A stretch of 64,000 nt of DNA, taken from Methylomonas sp. (GTDB lineage: Bacteria; Pseudomonadota; Gammaproteobacteria; Methylococcales; Methylomonadaceae). The notes beneath the pieces were generated by a model. It saw only the letters and a program-made list of their open reading frames with translations. It did not search any database and was not told the origin of the DNA. The translations under genes were made by a program, and so were the position numbers. Shown here one piece after another: positions 1 through 10,080 of the stretch; position 1 is the stretch's first letter, and each line of letters opens with the position of its first letter. The stretch is taken from contig PESC01000050.1 of assembly GCA_002929135.1 (NCBI GenBank), positions 1,805-65,804 on the forward strand. The letters are read 5' to 3'.

Positions 1-56
1 GCCGCAATTGCCTCGGCCCGTGCACAGACCATGGTCACCGTCGAAAAACCACTCAT
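1..56 (-). CDS. Possible 5' end of a CDS running off the left edge (MSGFSTVTMVCARAEAIAA...)
   Basis: ATG at 56 on the minus strand, open to the window edge; too short to assign. Confidence 0.25.
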   Translation of the reverse strand, partial: MSGFSTVTMVCARAEAIA

Positions 57-322
57 ATTCCGCAACACCAAAAATTCCAAACCGTTTTTCAAGGCTTGAC
101 GCGCAGTGAAAAACACCGGCTGATCGGTGCAGGAACATGCGTTGCCCTTGGGTTTCCTCATGCCGTATGCAGCCAAACACCAGGCGGGGGGCATGGTTTG
201 ATGTTAAAATTTGCAGCCTTTTCAGTTAGTTGACGTGCCCGAACAGTCGAGCATGAATCGACAACGATATCTGTAACTATTCAGCGAAACCCACGGATGC
301 GTGATAAAGCGCTGGAAAAACC

Positions 323-349
323 GTTCTCGTTCCCATGCTCTGCGTCCCG
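323..349 (+). repeat. Internally deleted copy of the CCCACGC REP-like element
   Basis: gttctcgttcccatgctctgcgtcccg joins the left end and an internal hairpin end of the 6913-6994 element. Confidence 0.6.
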
Positions 350-434
350 AGCTTACGCCGCGCAGAGTGTGCGACTAAAACAGTTTACCGATATCTTTCC
401 AAGCCTTTACATCCCCAATATCTGGATTACAGCC

Positions 435-1331
435 ATGACTAGCCCCAACGCGCTTTACCAATCGTCCATTCCACACTTGACATTGCTGGGTCGAGGCAAA
501 GTGCGTGACATGTACGAAATCGACGACAGCCATTTGCTGATCGTCACCACCGATCGCATGTCGGCATTCGACGTGATTCTGCCCGATCCCATTCCCGGCA
601 AGGGGCGGGTATTGACGCAGGTGTCGAATTTCTGGTTCAAGCAGTTGCGATCTATCATCCCCAATCACCTCGCCGCTGAGCCGACGCTGGAGCAGGTGGT
701 GCCGGATGCGGCGCTACGCCAGCCGCTCGAAGGCAGAAGTATCATCGTCAAGCGTTTGCAACCATTGCCGATCGAGGCCATCGTTCGGGGCTATCTGATC
801 GGCTCCGGCTGGAAAGACTATCTGGCGACCGGTGCTGTCTGTGGTATTGAACTACCCGCCGGTTTGCAGCAGGCCCAGCAGTTGCCAGAACCGCTTTACA
901 CACCATCGAGCAAAGCCGAGGCGGGCATACACGACGAAAACATTTCATTTGACGACACGGTGGCACGGGTGGGCCGGGTGCTTGCCGAGCAAGTCCGCGA
1001 TGCCAGTCTGGCACTCTACAAACAGGCCGCCGACTACGCCCGGCAGCGCGGCATCATCATTGCCGACACCAAATTCGAATTCGGTATCGACGACAACGGC
1101 AAGCTGTATCTGATCGATGAAGCATTGACGCCCGATTCATCGCGTTTCTGGCCGGTGGATGACTACCGCGTCGGCATTAGCCCACCCAGCTTCGATAAAC
1201 AATATCTGCGCGATTATCTGGAAACCCTGGATTGGAATAAAACCGCGCCCGGCCCCAACCTGCCTGCCGATGTGGCTGAATGTTGCGCGGCCAAATACCG
1301 GCAGGCGCAATACCTGTTGACAGGGGAATGA
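435..1331 (+). CDS. purC: SAICAR synthetase
   Basis: [44 protein letters not shown] motifs; start taken at ATG 435 (MTSPN). Confidence 0.96.
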   Translation: MTSPNALYQSSIPHLTLLGRGKVRDMYEIDDSHLLIVTTDRMSAFDVILPDPIPGKGRVLTQVSNFWFKQLRSIIPNHLAAEPTLEQVVPDAALRQPLEGRSIIVKRLQPLPIEAIVRGYLIGSGWKDYLATGAVCGIELPAGLQQAQQLPEPLYTPSSKAEAGIHDENISFDDTVARVGRVLAEQVRDASLALYKQAADYARQRGIIIADTKFEFGIDDNGKLYLIDEALTPDSSRFWPVDDYRVGISPPSFDKQYLRDYLETLDWNKTAPGPNLPADVAECCAAKYRQAQYLLTGE

Positions 1332-1386
1332 GTCTCGTTCTTACGCTGCAAACGGGTGCTGCGTGAGGATAAGTCTGTGTAGAAAA

Positions 1387-1422
1387 GTCGGTATGGGTTC
1401 CCACGGAGACCGTGGGAACCAG
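1387..1422. repeat. REP-like palindrome (GTTCCCACGG-N3-CCGTGGGAAC)
   Basis: 34/36 identical to the reverse complement of 49053-49088. Confidence 0.85.
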
Positions 1423-1446
1423 GGGAATCGGGGTTTTTCCTGTGTG

Positions 1447-1469
1447 GGGAGAAGGGTAGGGGGACGAGG
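1447..1469 (-). repeat. Half boxC-like repeat
   Basis: Reverse complement cctcgtccccctacccttctccc resembles the CCCTxACCCTCTCCC element at 56955. Confidence 0.45.
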
Positions 1470-1495
1470 CGTGTGGAATTGCCCGGCTTTATCGC

Positions 1496-3061
1496 TCAGC
1501 CGAGTAGCGATGGCGACTGCATCAAAATTACCGCTGCCAGCATCAGCGCACTGCCCAGTATCGCCAGCAGGCTACGCCGGTGATTGTGATGCAATTGTCG
1601 GCGCAGTTTTGCCATTTCCAGGTTGTGTTGCTGAAGTTGTTGTTGCATCGTAGCGCTGCTGCGCAAGGCATGCAGAATCAGGGATGGCATTTCCGGCAAA
1701 TGCTCGGAGACTTCAGGCAGTTTGCCGAATAACTCCTTGATCTTGGCCTGCGGCCCCATGCGTTGCTTGAACCAGTTTTCCAGGAAGGGCTTGGCGGTTT
1801 GCCAGAGGTCGAGTTCAGGGTATAGCTGACGTCCCAGGCCTTCGATATTGAGCAGGGTTTTCTGCAGCAGCACCAGTTGCGGTTGCACCACCATGTCGAA
1901 ACGGCGGGCGGTCTGGAACAGCCTGAGCAGCAACAGGCCGAACGAGATGTCTTTCAATGGCTTTTCGAAAATGGGTTCGCAAACGCTGCGTATCGCGGCT
2001 TCGAACTCCTCGACCCGTGTCGTGCTGGGCACCCAGCCCGATTCGATGTGCATCTGCGCCACGCGCCGGTAGTCATGATTGAAAAACGCCAGGAAATTTT
2101 CTGCCAGGTAGCGTTGATTGGAATCCGACAAACTGCCGACGATGCCGAAATCCACTGCCAGATACTTGTCGGGCAATTCCACGAAAATGTTGCCGGGGTG
2201 CATGTCGGCGTGAAAAAAATTGTCGCGGAATACCTGGGTGAAGAAAATTTCGACGCCGCGTTCGGCCAGGCGCTTGAAATCGGCACCGCCATCGCGCAAG
2301 GCCTGAATGTCGCCGACCGGGATGCCGTGGATGCGCTCCATCACCAGCACCTTGTGCCGACACAGCGGCCAGTGGATTTCCGGGATGTACAGCATTTCGG
2401 AGTTTTTGAAATTGTTGCGGATCGCGCTGGCATTGGCGGCTTCGCGCAGCAAGTCCAGTTCGTCGAGCAGGGTTTTCTCGAATTCGGCAACCACTTCCAT
2501 CATCCGCAAACGCCGGGCGTCGCTCCAGCATTTTTCGGCAATACGGGCCAGTTCGTACAGCAAGGCCAGGTCGGACTGGATTTTGCGTTCGATGTCGGGC
2601 CTGAGCACCTTGACGATAACCTCCTCGCCGGTGTTCAGCGTGGCCGTGTGCACCTGCGCCACCGAGGCCGAGGCCAGCGGTACCGGATCCAACTTCGAAA
2701 AAGCCACTTCGATGCGCTGCCCCAGTTGTTGCTCGATGATTTTTCGTGCGATTTCAAAGGAAAACGGCGGCACTCTATCCTGTAGCTTGACCAGTTCCTC
2801 GGCGATGTCTTCCGGCAGCAAATCGCGCCGCGTGGATAATGTCTGGCCGAATTTGACGTAAATCGGCCCCAGGTCTTCCAGGGTTTGCCGAATACGGACG
2901 CCACGCGGTTCTTTCTTGTGCAGCCAGAAACCGGGTACGAATACGGCAAGAAAACGAATTGGCCGAAACAGATGGGTTTTCAGAATGATTTCATCGAGAC
3001 CGTGCGACATCATCACCCAGTTGATATGGATGAGACGCATCAAGACTTTCAGGCGTAACAC
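1496..3061 (-). CDS. ubiB: Ubiquinone biosynthesis ABC1 kinase-like protein
   Basis: [41 protein letters not shown]. Confidence 0.96.
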   Translation of the reverse strand: MLRLKVLMRLIHINWVMMSHGLDEIILKTHLFRPIRFLAVFVPGFWLHKKEPRGVRIRQTLEDLGPIYVKFGQTLSTRRDLLPEDIAEELVKLQDRVPPFSFEIARKIIEQQLGQRIEVAFSKLDPVPLASASVAQVHTATLNTGEEVIVKVLRPDIERKIQSDLALLYELARIAEKCWSDARRLRMMEVVAEFEKTLLDELDLLREAANASAIRNNFKNSEMLYIPEIHWPLCRHKVLVMERIHGIPVGDIQALRDGGADFKRLAERGVEIFFTQVFRDNFFHADMHPGNIFVELPDKYLAVDFGIVGSLSDSNQRYLAENFLAFFNHDYRRVAQMHIESGWVPSTTRVEEFEAAIRSVCEPIFEKPLKDISFGLLLLRLFQTARRFDMVVQPQLVLLQKTLLNIEGLGRQLYPELDLWQTAKPFLENWFKQRMGPQAKIKELFGKLPEVSEHLPEMPSLILHALRSSATMQQQLQQHNLEMAKLRRQLHHNHRRSLLAILGSALMLAAVILMQSPSLLG

Positions 3062-3062
3062 G

Positions 3063-3710
3063 TCAGGATTCCTCGTCGGTGGCGGGTGCTGCGGATGGTG
3101 TCGTCAATGACTGAAACAAGCGTTGGACGCGGGCGGCTAGCCGGTCTTGATCCAGGCGCAGTTCGTCGATCTGCCGGAACACGATTTCGGCTTCTGGCCT
3201 AGCCGGTAAATTGCGGGTTTCTTCTTGCAGAAACTCTTGCAGATTCAGGCGGAAATTGCGCAGGCCGCGTTGCGTCCAGTTGCGGCCCCCACTGAAGATG
3301 TCGGCGATGTTACGGGCGACACGTTCACCGGTGTAACGCGCAAGCTGACCTTGCCAGTTGATCTCCAGTTTTTCGAACAGGCGTTGCAAACGGCGGGCAA
3401 CCTGGGTATCACCGGCTATGCGCACGTCGCCTTTGAGCAGTACGCGCATCGGCGTGGCGCTCAGTCCCATCAAGCCCAACGCCGCCAATGAACCGGTCAG
3501 GCTGGCGTCGGCCTGGCCCGGAAAATGCTCCAGGCATTGAATGCGTTCGGTTGACATGCACAAATACAGGGTTTGGTCGAACGGTGTGATGTGTATCGCC
3601 ACGACTTTGCCCGCCAGCGGCGCCAGCAGGGCAGGGTGTTGGTCGTCGAGGGCGAGGTAGGCATTGAGCGCCGCCTCGATGGTGGTCATCAACAGGGGTT
3701 TGATCGGCAT
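3063..3710 (-). CDS. ubiJ: Ubiquinone biosynthesis accessory factor (SCP2 domain)
   Basis: SCP2-like N-terminus, [15 protein letters not shown]-terminus, between ubiE and ubiB; start uncertain (3710 or 3725). Confidence 0.9.
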   Translation of the reverse strand: MPIKPLLMTTIEAALNAYLALDDQHPALLAPLAGKVVAIHITPFDQTLYLCMSTERIQCLEHFPGQADASLTGSLAALGLMGLSATPMRVLLKGDVRIAGDTQVARRLQRLFEKLEINWQGQLARYTGERVARNIADIFSGGRNWTQRGLRNFRLNLQEFLQEETRNLPARPEAEIVFRQIDELRLDQDRLAARVQRLFQSLTTPSAAPATDEES

Positions 3711-3735
3711 GAAATTCTGCGCCATTGACAACGTG

Positions 3736-4485
3736 CTAGAACTTGTAACCACGATGCACGGCAACGATGCCTTGCGTCATGTTGAAGTACTCGCAACGCG
3801 CCAGGCCCGCTTCTTCCATCATGCGTTTCAGCTCATCCTGTTTGGGGTGCATGCGGATGGATTCGGCCAGATAACGATAGCTGTCTTCATCCTTGGCCAC
3901 GACGGCGCCGATTTTTGGCAGCAGGTTGAAGGAGTAAAAATCGTAGACTTTTTCGGTGATTGGGTCGACAGGATGGGAGAACTCCAGCACGATGACGCGA
4001 CCGCCGGGTTTGAGTACACGGTACATCGAGCGCAAGGCGGCGTCCTTGTCGGTGACATTGCGCAGACCAAAACCGATGCAGACGCAATCGAAACTGTTGT
4101 CGGCAAACGGCAGAGATTCGGCGTTGACCTGGGCGTATTGGATGTTGCCGGCCAGGCCACGATCGATCAAACGATCACGGCCAGTACGCAGCATGGCGGC
4201 GTTGATGTCGGCCAGTACGACGCGCCCGCGTTTGCCGACACGCTTTTCGAATAGGGCGGTCAGGTCGCCGGTGCCGCCGGCCAGATCCAGCACCTGTTCG
4301 CCTTCGCGCACGTTGGCCAGTTGCACGGCCAGCCGTTTCCATAAACGATGGATGCCCAGCGACATCAGATCGTTCATCACGTCGTACTGACTGGCAACAG
4401 AATCGAAAACGCCACGCACCAGGGCGACTTTTTCGTGCTTGGGAACCTGTTTGAAACCGAAGTGAGTGGTGTTGTCTTGGCTCAT
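3736..4485 (-). CDS. ubiE: UbiE/MenG C-methyltransferase
   Basis: [49 protein letters not shown]. Confidence 0.97.
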   Translation of the reverse strand: MSQDNTTHFGFKQVPKHEKVALVRGVFDSVASQYDVMNDLMSLGIHRLWKRLAVQLANVREGEQVLDLAGGTGDLTALFEKRVGKRGRVVLADINAAMLRTGRDRLIDRGLAGNIQYAQVNAESLPFADNSFDCVCIGFGLRNVTDKDAALRSMYRVLKPGGRVIVLEFSHPVDPITEKVYDFYSFNLLPKIGAVVAKDEDSYRYLAESIRMHPKQDELKRMMEEAGLARCEYFNMTQGIVAVHRGYKF

Positions 4486-4494
4486 GATGATCGA

Positions 4495-4884
4495 TCAATT
4501 GTGTGAAGAGGGCTTGCGGCTGATACCGGCGGTCTGGAGTCGTTGCAAATACTGCGACCACAGCAGGGGGAATTCGGCACCCAGTTTGTAGAGCAAGTCC
4601 CAGGAATAAATGCCGCTGTCGTGGCCGTCGCTGAAGGTCAGCGCCACGGCATAGTTGCCGACCGGGCGGATGGCGGTGATGCTGACGTCGTCCTTGCCGT
4701 GCTGCAAAACTTCCTGCCCCGGCCCGTGGCCGACGGCTTCGGCGGACTGGGTGTAAACCCTCAGGTACTCTGCGGGCAATTCGAACAGGCTGCCGTCATC
4801 GAAATGGATTTCGAGTAGGGCCGATAGCTGATGCAGCCTGATCTCGGTTGGCGTACAGCCGCAAGGCGATATTTTCAGGCGCAT
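4495..4884 (-). CDS. DUF971 (GBBH-like N-terminal domain) protein
   Basis: LPAEYLRVY, GHGPGQEVL, VGNYAV, FSDGHDSGIYSWDLL; usual hslU-ubiE synteny. Confidence 0.88.
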   Translation of the reverse strand: MRLKISPCGCTPTEIRLHQLSALLEIHFDDGSLFELPAEYLRVYTQSAEAVGHGPGQEVLQHGKDDVSITAIRPVGNYAVALTFSDGHDSGIYSWDLLYKLGAEFPLLWSQYLQRLQTAGISRKPSSHN

Positions 4885-4886
4885 GG

Positions 4887-6206
4887 TTACAGAATGTAGC
4901 GGCTGAGGTCTTCGTCGGCGGCTAGTTGTTGCAGGTGCGCATCGACATAAGCGGCGTCGATATGCACCTGTTTGTCGCTGAGGTCGGGTGCGTTGTAAGA
5001 CACGTCTTCCAGCAGCTTTTCCAGTATGGTGTGCAGGCGGCGGGCGCCGATGTTCTCGACGCTTTCGTTCACCTGCCAGCCCAGTTCGGCGATGCGCTGG
5101 ATGCCGCAGGCGCTGAATGTCAGCGTGACGCCTTCGGTGGTCAGCAAAGCCTGGTATTGCTCGGTCAACGAGGCATTGGGTTCGGTCAGGATGCGGACGA
5201 AATCCTCGGCGCTGAGCGCACTGAGTTCGACGCGAATCGGAAAGCGGCCCTGCAATTCCGGAATCAGGTCGGATGGCTTGGTCAAATGAAAGGCGCCCGA
5301 TGCAATGAACAGGATGTGATCGGTTTTTATCATGCCGTATTTGGTGCTGACCGTGCTGCCTTCGACCAGCGGCAACAAGTCGCGCTGTACGCCTTCGCGC
5401 GACACTTCGCCACCGCCCATCTCCGCACGTTTGCAGATTTTGTCGATTTCGTCGAGAAACACGATGCCGTGCTGTTCGACAGCATCCAGCGCGGTTTGCT
5501 TGATGTCGTCTTCATTGATCAGCTTGGCGGCTTCGTCTTCCTGCAACAGTTTCAGGGCATCGCTGATTTTCAGCTTGCGGCTTTTGGTGCGGCCGCTGTT
5601 CAGATTCTGGAACATGCCTTGCAACTGGCTGGTCATTTCTTCCATGCCGGGCGGTGCCATGATCTCGACGCCCATGGATGGCGCGGTGACGTCGATTTCG
5701 ATTTCCTTGTCGTTCAGATCGCCTTCGCGCAGACGCTTGCGCATTTTCTGCCGGGTGGTTGCCTCGCTGTCCGACAACATGCCGCCTTCGGCACGCGGCA
5801 ACAGAATATCCAGCACCTTGTCTTCGGCAGCATCGGCGGCGTGATTCTGCACTTTCTCCATCGCTGCCATGCGCGTCATTTTGACGGCGGTATCGATCAG
5901 ATCGCGGATGATGGATTCGACATCGCGACCGACATAACCGACTTCGGTGAACTTGGTGGCTTCGATTTTGATGAACGGCGCATGGGCCAGTCGGGCAAGG
6001 CGGCGGGCGATTTCGGTCTTGCCGACGCCGGTGGGGCCTATCATCAGTATGTTCTTCGGGGTGATTTCATCGCGCAGTTCCGCCGTAACCTGGCTGCGGC
6101 GCCAACGGTTGCGCAACGCGATGGCAACCGCGCGTTTGGCATCGGCCTGGCCGATGATGTGTTTGTCCAGTTCGCTGACGATTTCTCTTGGGGTCATTTG
6201 ACTCAT
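4887..6206 (-). CDS. hslU: HslU ATPase
   Basis: [35 protein letters not shown]. Confidence 0.98.
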   Translation of the reverse strand: MSQMTPREIVSELDKHIIGQADAKRAVAIALRNRWRRSQVTAELRDEITPKNILMIGPTGVGKTEIARRLARLAHAPFIKIEATKFTEVGYVGRDVESIIRDLIDTAVKMTRMAAMEKVQNHAADAAEDKVLDILLPRAEGGMLSDSEATTRQKMRKRLREGDLNDKEIEIDVTAPSMGVEIMAPPGMEEMTSQLQGMFQNLNSGRTKSRKLKISDALKLLQEDEAAKLINEDDIKQTALDAVEQHGIVFLDEIDKICKRAEMGGGEVSREGVQRDLLPLVEGSTVSTKYGMIKTDHILFIASGAFHLTKPSDLIPELQGRFPIRVELSALSAEDFVRILTEPNASLTEQYQALLTTEGVTLTFSACGIQRIAELGWQVNESVENIGARRLHTILEKLLEDVSYNAPDLSDKQVHIDAAYVDAHLQQLAADEDLSRYIL

Positions 6207-6218
6207 GGTTGGATTTGC

Positions 6219-6776
6219 TCAGTGGCTGGCGTCAGAAGCGTCCAGCTCTTCGATGCGCAGATTGTGGTTGGTGTAAATGCAGATGTCGGCGGCGATGTTC
6301 AGCGATTTTTCGACGATATCGCGTGCGCTCAAATCGGTGTTTTCGATCAGGGCGCGGGCTGCGCTCTGGGCAAAGGCGCCGCCGGAGCCGATGGCGACGA
6401 AATCGTGCTCGGGTTCGATGACGTCGCCATTGCCGGACAGGGTTAGCAAAGTTTTGCCATCGGCAATGATCAGCAAGGCCTCCAGGCGGCGCAAGGCGCG
6501 GTCGGTACGCCAGTCTTTCGCCATTTCCACCGCCGCCCGCATCAGGTTGCCGCGATGTTTTTCCAGCTTGCCCTCGAAATGTTCGAACAGGGTGAAGGCA
6601 TCGGCGGTAGCACCGGCAAATCCGGCGATAACCTTATCGTGATACAAACGTCTGACCTTGCGGGCATTGCCTTTCATGACGGTGTTGCCCAGCGTGACCT
6701 GGCCATCGCCACCGATCACGACCTTGCTGCCTCGGCGCACCGCCAGGATGGTAGTACCTCTCAATTCCATGCTCAT
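6219..6776 (-). CDS. hslV: HslV protease
   Basis: [22 protein letters not shown]. Confidence 0.98.
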   Translation of the reverse strand: MSMELRGTTILAVRRGSKVVIGGDGQVTLGNTVMKGNARKVRRLYHDKVIAGFAGATADAFTLFEHFEGKLEKHRGNLMRAAVEMAKDWRTDRALRRLEALLIIADGKTLLTLSGNGDVIEPEHDFVAIGSGGAFAQSAARALIENTDLSARDIVEKSLNIAADICIYTNHNLRIEELDASDASH

Positions 6777-6912
6777 CGACTGTTTGGGTTAGAAAGCGAA
6801 AGATGGCGGATTCTACATGAGCCAGCCCTAAAACCCCAGTCTGCTTGCGCGGAGCTGGCCGGTCTTCAGTTACCTGGGTCATCCGTTGTTGCGTCCGGTT
6901 CCGGCCTGTGTT

Positions 6913-6994
6913 CTCGTTCCCACGCTCCGCGTGGGGATGCAGGCCGGGACGCTCTGCGTCCCGCAGTTCACGCTGCACATAGCGTGGGAACGAG
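6913..6994. repeat. REP doublet / MITE-like element with 14-bp terminal inverted repeats
   Basis: ctcgttcccacgct ... agcgtgggaacgag is a perfect IR; internal hairpins cccacgc-tcc-gcgtggg and gggacgc-tct-gcgtccc. Confidence 0.88.
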
Positions 6995-7244
6995 GCGCGC
7001 TGAACAGTTGCTAGGGTTCAGTCAACGCAACGCGGATTGTTTAGCCAGCGCCCTCTGTTTTGCGCTAAATCGCAGCGGGCAACAGGATTTTCGTAATGGC
7101 GTGTCGGGAGGGTGTTGCGTACAAACAACTGATGTTGCGTTGCTCGGGACGGCCGGGTTGGCCAGCCCAAGGCTTGGTATACTCCGCCGGTCGATTCGGC
7201 AGGATCGATTGCTCGATTAAAACAATTTCAAGAGGAGGGCCACC

Positions 7245-7682
7245 ATGACACCATCCATTTGTTGGAAATACGCGATAGCGCTGGGCTTGATGATGCTATC
7301 GACAACTGCGTTCGCGATCACTCCGGAGGAGGATGAGCGCGAGAAAAAATGTATCAAACCCAAGTTCCGCGACTTCTTTCCCGCCGATAAAGCGGAAGTG
7401 GCGCCTGCATCGCCCATGAGTTTTCATGTGTCTCACCATGCCAATCCGGCCACCATCGCGGCCGAAGCCAAGGGGCAGAAAATCAAACTGAACGTACACG
7501 ACCGGAAAAATTTTTACGAAGTTTCCGGTACGTTGCCGCCTGAATTGCAGGGTACGTTTGCCCGCATCAGCCTGCATGCCAGGGCGGCAGAAGGTGATTG
7601 CATGGGGAGTGATGGCTGGTTGATCAAAATCAAAAGCACGTCCGATGTGGCTGCGCCAGCGGTGACTCAGCCAACAAATTGA
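7245..7682 (+). CDS. Exported hypothetical protein, possible Ig-like fold
   Basis: Strong SD (agaggagg), signal peptide ending AFA, two Cys. Confidence 0.8.
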   Translation: MTPSICWKYAIALGLMMLSTTAFAITPEEDEREKKCIKPKFRDFFPADKAEVAPASPMSFHVSHHANPATIAAEAKGQKIKLNVHDRKNFYEVSGTLPPELQGTFARISLHARAAEGDCMGSDGWLIKIKSTSDVAAPAVTQPTN

Positions 7683-7720
7683 GGGTCTGCTCTGCAGCCA
7701 GCAGCCATTTTTTACAGTTG

Positions 7721-7771
7721 ACGCCAGCCGTGCCGACTGACAAGTCATCAGTCGACACGGCTGGCGTTTTG
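7721..7771 (+). terminator. Long-stem intrinsic terminator
   Basis: acgccagccgtg-c-cgactga / tcagtcg-a-cacggctggcgt followed by a T tract. Confidence 0.65.
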
Positions 7772-7820
7772 TTGACGGCAGACGTCATGGTTTGTCGTCG
7801 TTACCATACAGGACACTTCC

Positions 7821-8585
7821 ATGCCCATCAGTCTTGCAACGCTCGAAACCATCGTCCGCACCGCTGGTGCGGTTGCGATGGGCTATTTCAACGATATTGA
7901 AAATCTGGCCGTCAACAAGAAGGCCGCCCGTGATTTGGTCACCGATGCCGATGTTGCCGTCGAGCATCATCTCAAACAAGCCCTGGCCGAACATTGCCCA
8001 AGCTACGGCTTCTGGGGTGAGGAAAGCGGCCAAACCGACGATCAGACCAGCCGCTGGATCGTCGATCCTATCGACGGCACCCATTCGTTTTCGAAGGGCC
8101 AGTATTTTTGGGCTGTCAGCGTAGCGTTGGAAATTGACGGCGAGTTGGTCATGGGCGCCGTGTATGCCCCGGCACTCGATGATTATTACTGCGCCGAAAA
8201 AGGCCAGGGTGCCTGGAAAAATGGCAAACGCATTCATGTCTCCGGCGAAACCTGTCTGGCGGCCAGCATGGTTTCGACCGGTTTTGCCTGTTTGCGGCAG
8301 TATTTGGAGGATAACAATCTCGAACGTTTCTGCCGTATCGCGCAGGCGACGACGGGGCAGCGGCGCATGGGTTCGGCAGCGCTGGATTTATGCACGGTGG
8401 CCGATGGTCAGGTCGATGCGTTCTGGGAGCAGGAACTGAATTTGTACGATGTCGCAGGCGGCGCGCTGGTGGTGATGGAAGCGGGCGGCACAATGACCGA
8501 TTTCAACGGCAGACCCGGTGTGTTTCCCAAGCAGATTTTGGCCACCAATGGTGGTTTGTTGGCGCAAATCCTGCCATTGATGTAA
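7821..8585 (+). CDS. suhB: Inositol monophosphatase family protein
   Basis: DLVTDAD, GEESG, WIVDPIDGT, RRMGSAALDL, LYDVAGG. Confidence 0.88.
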   Translation: MPISLATLETIVRTAGAVAMGYFNDIENLAVNKKAARDLVTDADVAVEHHLKQALAEHCPSYGFWGEESGQTDDQTSRWIVDPIDGTHSFSKGQYFWAVSVALEIDGELVMGAVYAPALDDYYCAEKGQGAWKNGKRIHVSGETCLAASMVSTGFACLRQYLEDNNLERFCRIAQATTGQRRMGSAALDLCTVADGQVDAFWEQELNLYDVAGGALVVMEAGGTMTDFNGRPGVFPKQILATNGGLLAQILPLM

Positions 8586-8608
8586 GGCGTAACGCATGAC
8601 GCCTTACA
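8581..8608. terminator. Perfect 10-bp hairpin between convergent genes
   Basis: tgtaaggcgt-N8-acgccttaca. Confidence 0.5.
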
Positions 8609-8647
8609 GCGCCACTTCTCTTGGTGATGGCTACAGGCCAGATTGCT

Positions 8648-9157
8648 TCAGTAAGTACTCTCTGAATTGACCATCTCGGGTTGTTCGTCGTCGAACAGCC
8701 TTTCGTCCGAATCAATCAAACCGTATTTGTGCCTGAGGTAGGCCTTCATCCAGACACCGGTGTCGGCTCGTTTGAAGGGGGCGGCTTCCGGCAGCATTTG
8801 CAGGCGCTGGCGCAGGGCATAGTCCGGCATCAGCAGCAGTTCGATGTCGGTCATGGCCACGAATTTTTCCGGCCGCAGATTTTTGCCATTGAGTATCTTG
8901 AAAACCTGATGTTTCTTCAGTTCCAGTTCGGTCGACAATTCGCCCTTGAATTCCAGAAACATCATCAGCAGGTCGCTGCCGCTCAGGCTGTCATCGTGCA
9001 AGGCATCAAGACGGTTGAGCAGGTGGTGAATGGCAAAGCGATACAGCTTTGATTCCCTGATGAATAATCGGGTGGCCATCGAGCGTACGGCAATGCGGTC
9101 TTCATTGCTCAGACGCATCGATACGATGTACTTGCGATCCAAATCCTTGTCGTTCAA
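8648..9157 (-). CDS. Hypothetical protein with an N-terminal ribbon-helix-helix-like domain
   Basis: YIVSMRL strand, SNEDRIAVRSMATRL helix, RESKLYRFAIHHLL helix; TTG start with SD (aaaggt). Confidence 0.7.
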   Translation of the reverse strand: MNDKDLDRKYIVSMRLSNEDRIAVRSMATRLFIRESKLYRFAIHHLLNRLDALHDDSLSGSDLLMMFLEFKGELSTELELKKHQVFKILNGKNLRPEKFVAMTDIELLLMPDYALRQRLQMLPEAAPFKRADTGVWMKAYLRHKYGLIDSDERLFDDEQPEMVNSESTY

Positions 9158-9312
9158 CGTTGATTACCTTTTTATTATGCCCCCACCATCACCCTCATTC
9201 GGTAGGAGGGGATAGGCTGAACGGTTACGTCGTGTCGGCTTTTTGATGATATTCGGGCAGAGATAACAACGGTATCGCCTACCCGGACAGTCGCAGAAGC
9301 ATAAGGCGATAA

Positions 9313-9330
9313 TGTTACAGATTTGTAACA
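9313..9330. promoter_or_regulatory. Perfect palindromic operator candidate TGTTACA-N4-TGTAACA
   Basis: 7-bp inverted repeat in the divergent intergenic region. Confidence 0.5.
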
Positions 9331-9440
9331 GTTTGATTACAGGTGAGGCTCTGAGTATCCATGTCGGCATGAGGTGATGCGTCTGTGAGTTTTTGACTGC
9401 CTGTCCGTCTGAGCATTGTGACGGCAGGTGTCATAAACAA

Positions 9441-9474
9441 ATGTCATAAAACAGTCATATTGCCTTCGCATAAT
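9441..9474 (+). promoter_or_regulatory. Pho box plus -10 element (PhoB-type promoter)
   Basis: ATGTCAT-AAAA-CAGTCAT (16/18 to CTGTCATAAAACTGTCAT), 10-nt spacer, CATAAT. Confidence 0.75.
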
Positions 9475-9480
9475 CTGGCC

Positions 9481-10053
9481 ATGAGTGACCTGACGCCGCG
9501 ATTTGCCATTCAACAGCCCGGGGCGAAATTCGCCAGGTATCTGCCCAAGTCGCTCCGTCTGTCGTCGCTGGCAACGATTGCCGCCAGCGTTTATTGCCTG
9601 CTGGCCCTGTCATCGTTTCTGCTGAGTGATAGCGGTGACACACGGATTGCCGAGCCAGTGTCTGCCGATGCCGCAGCGCTTCCGCAAGGCGCTGTTGTCG
9701 ATTACGCCGACATAGCAAACTGGAGCTTGTTTGCACCGCCCGGCGATGCTGCGCTGGCGGCCACCGCTGAGCAGCAAGCCACCACAGAAAATGGCGTGAC
9801 CGAATCACTGCCTGCTACGCCATTGCCGCTCACGCTGCTGGGAACTTGGGTGTTTTCGGCGCAGGAACACAACCGCTACGCCATCATTCAAAGTGCTACT
9901 GACAGCCCGCGCCGTTATCGCATTGGCGACGACATCGGCGACGGTGCGCAATTGCAGGCCGTGGAATTGCGCCGCGTCATCATCCGTCGGGGTGCGGTGA
10001 GTGAATATCTGGCCTTTCCGCCCAACCCCGTTACCTTGTCGGTCAACGACTGA
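9481..10053 (+). CDS. gspC: Type II secretion protein C (short, no PDZ)
   Basis: One N-terminal TM, WSLF, LTLLGT..AIIQ..YRIGD..L.AV...RVII HR-domain pattern; precedes gspD. Confidence 0.8.
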   Translation: MSDLTPRFAIQQPGAKFARYLPKSLRLSSLATIAASVYCLLALSSFLLSDSGDTRIAEPVSADAAALPQGAVVDYADIANWSLFAPPGDAALAATAEQQATTENGVTESLPATPLPLTLLGTWVFSAQEHNRYAIIQSATDSPRRYRIGDDIGDGAQLQAVELRRVIIRRGAVSEYLAFPPNPVTLSVND

Positions 10054-10080
10054 GCTTCTTTTTCAAACACTTTCGCTGTC

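Noticed and set aside
297-434. N-terminal extension of purC in the ORF track
   Set aside because: It runs through a REP relic; homology starts at MTSPN (435).
6790-6850. Expected sigma32 promoter for hslVU
   Set aside because: A -10-like ccgccatct is present, but there is no CTTGAA-like -35 at the right spacing.
7023-7142. 9-bp inverted repeat (caacgcaac/gttgcgttg) suggesting an ncRNA or second RPE-like copy
   Set aside because: Too short, and the interior does not align with the 22786 element.
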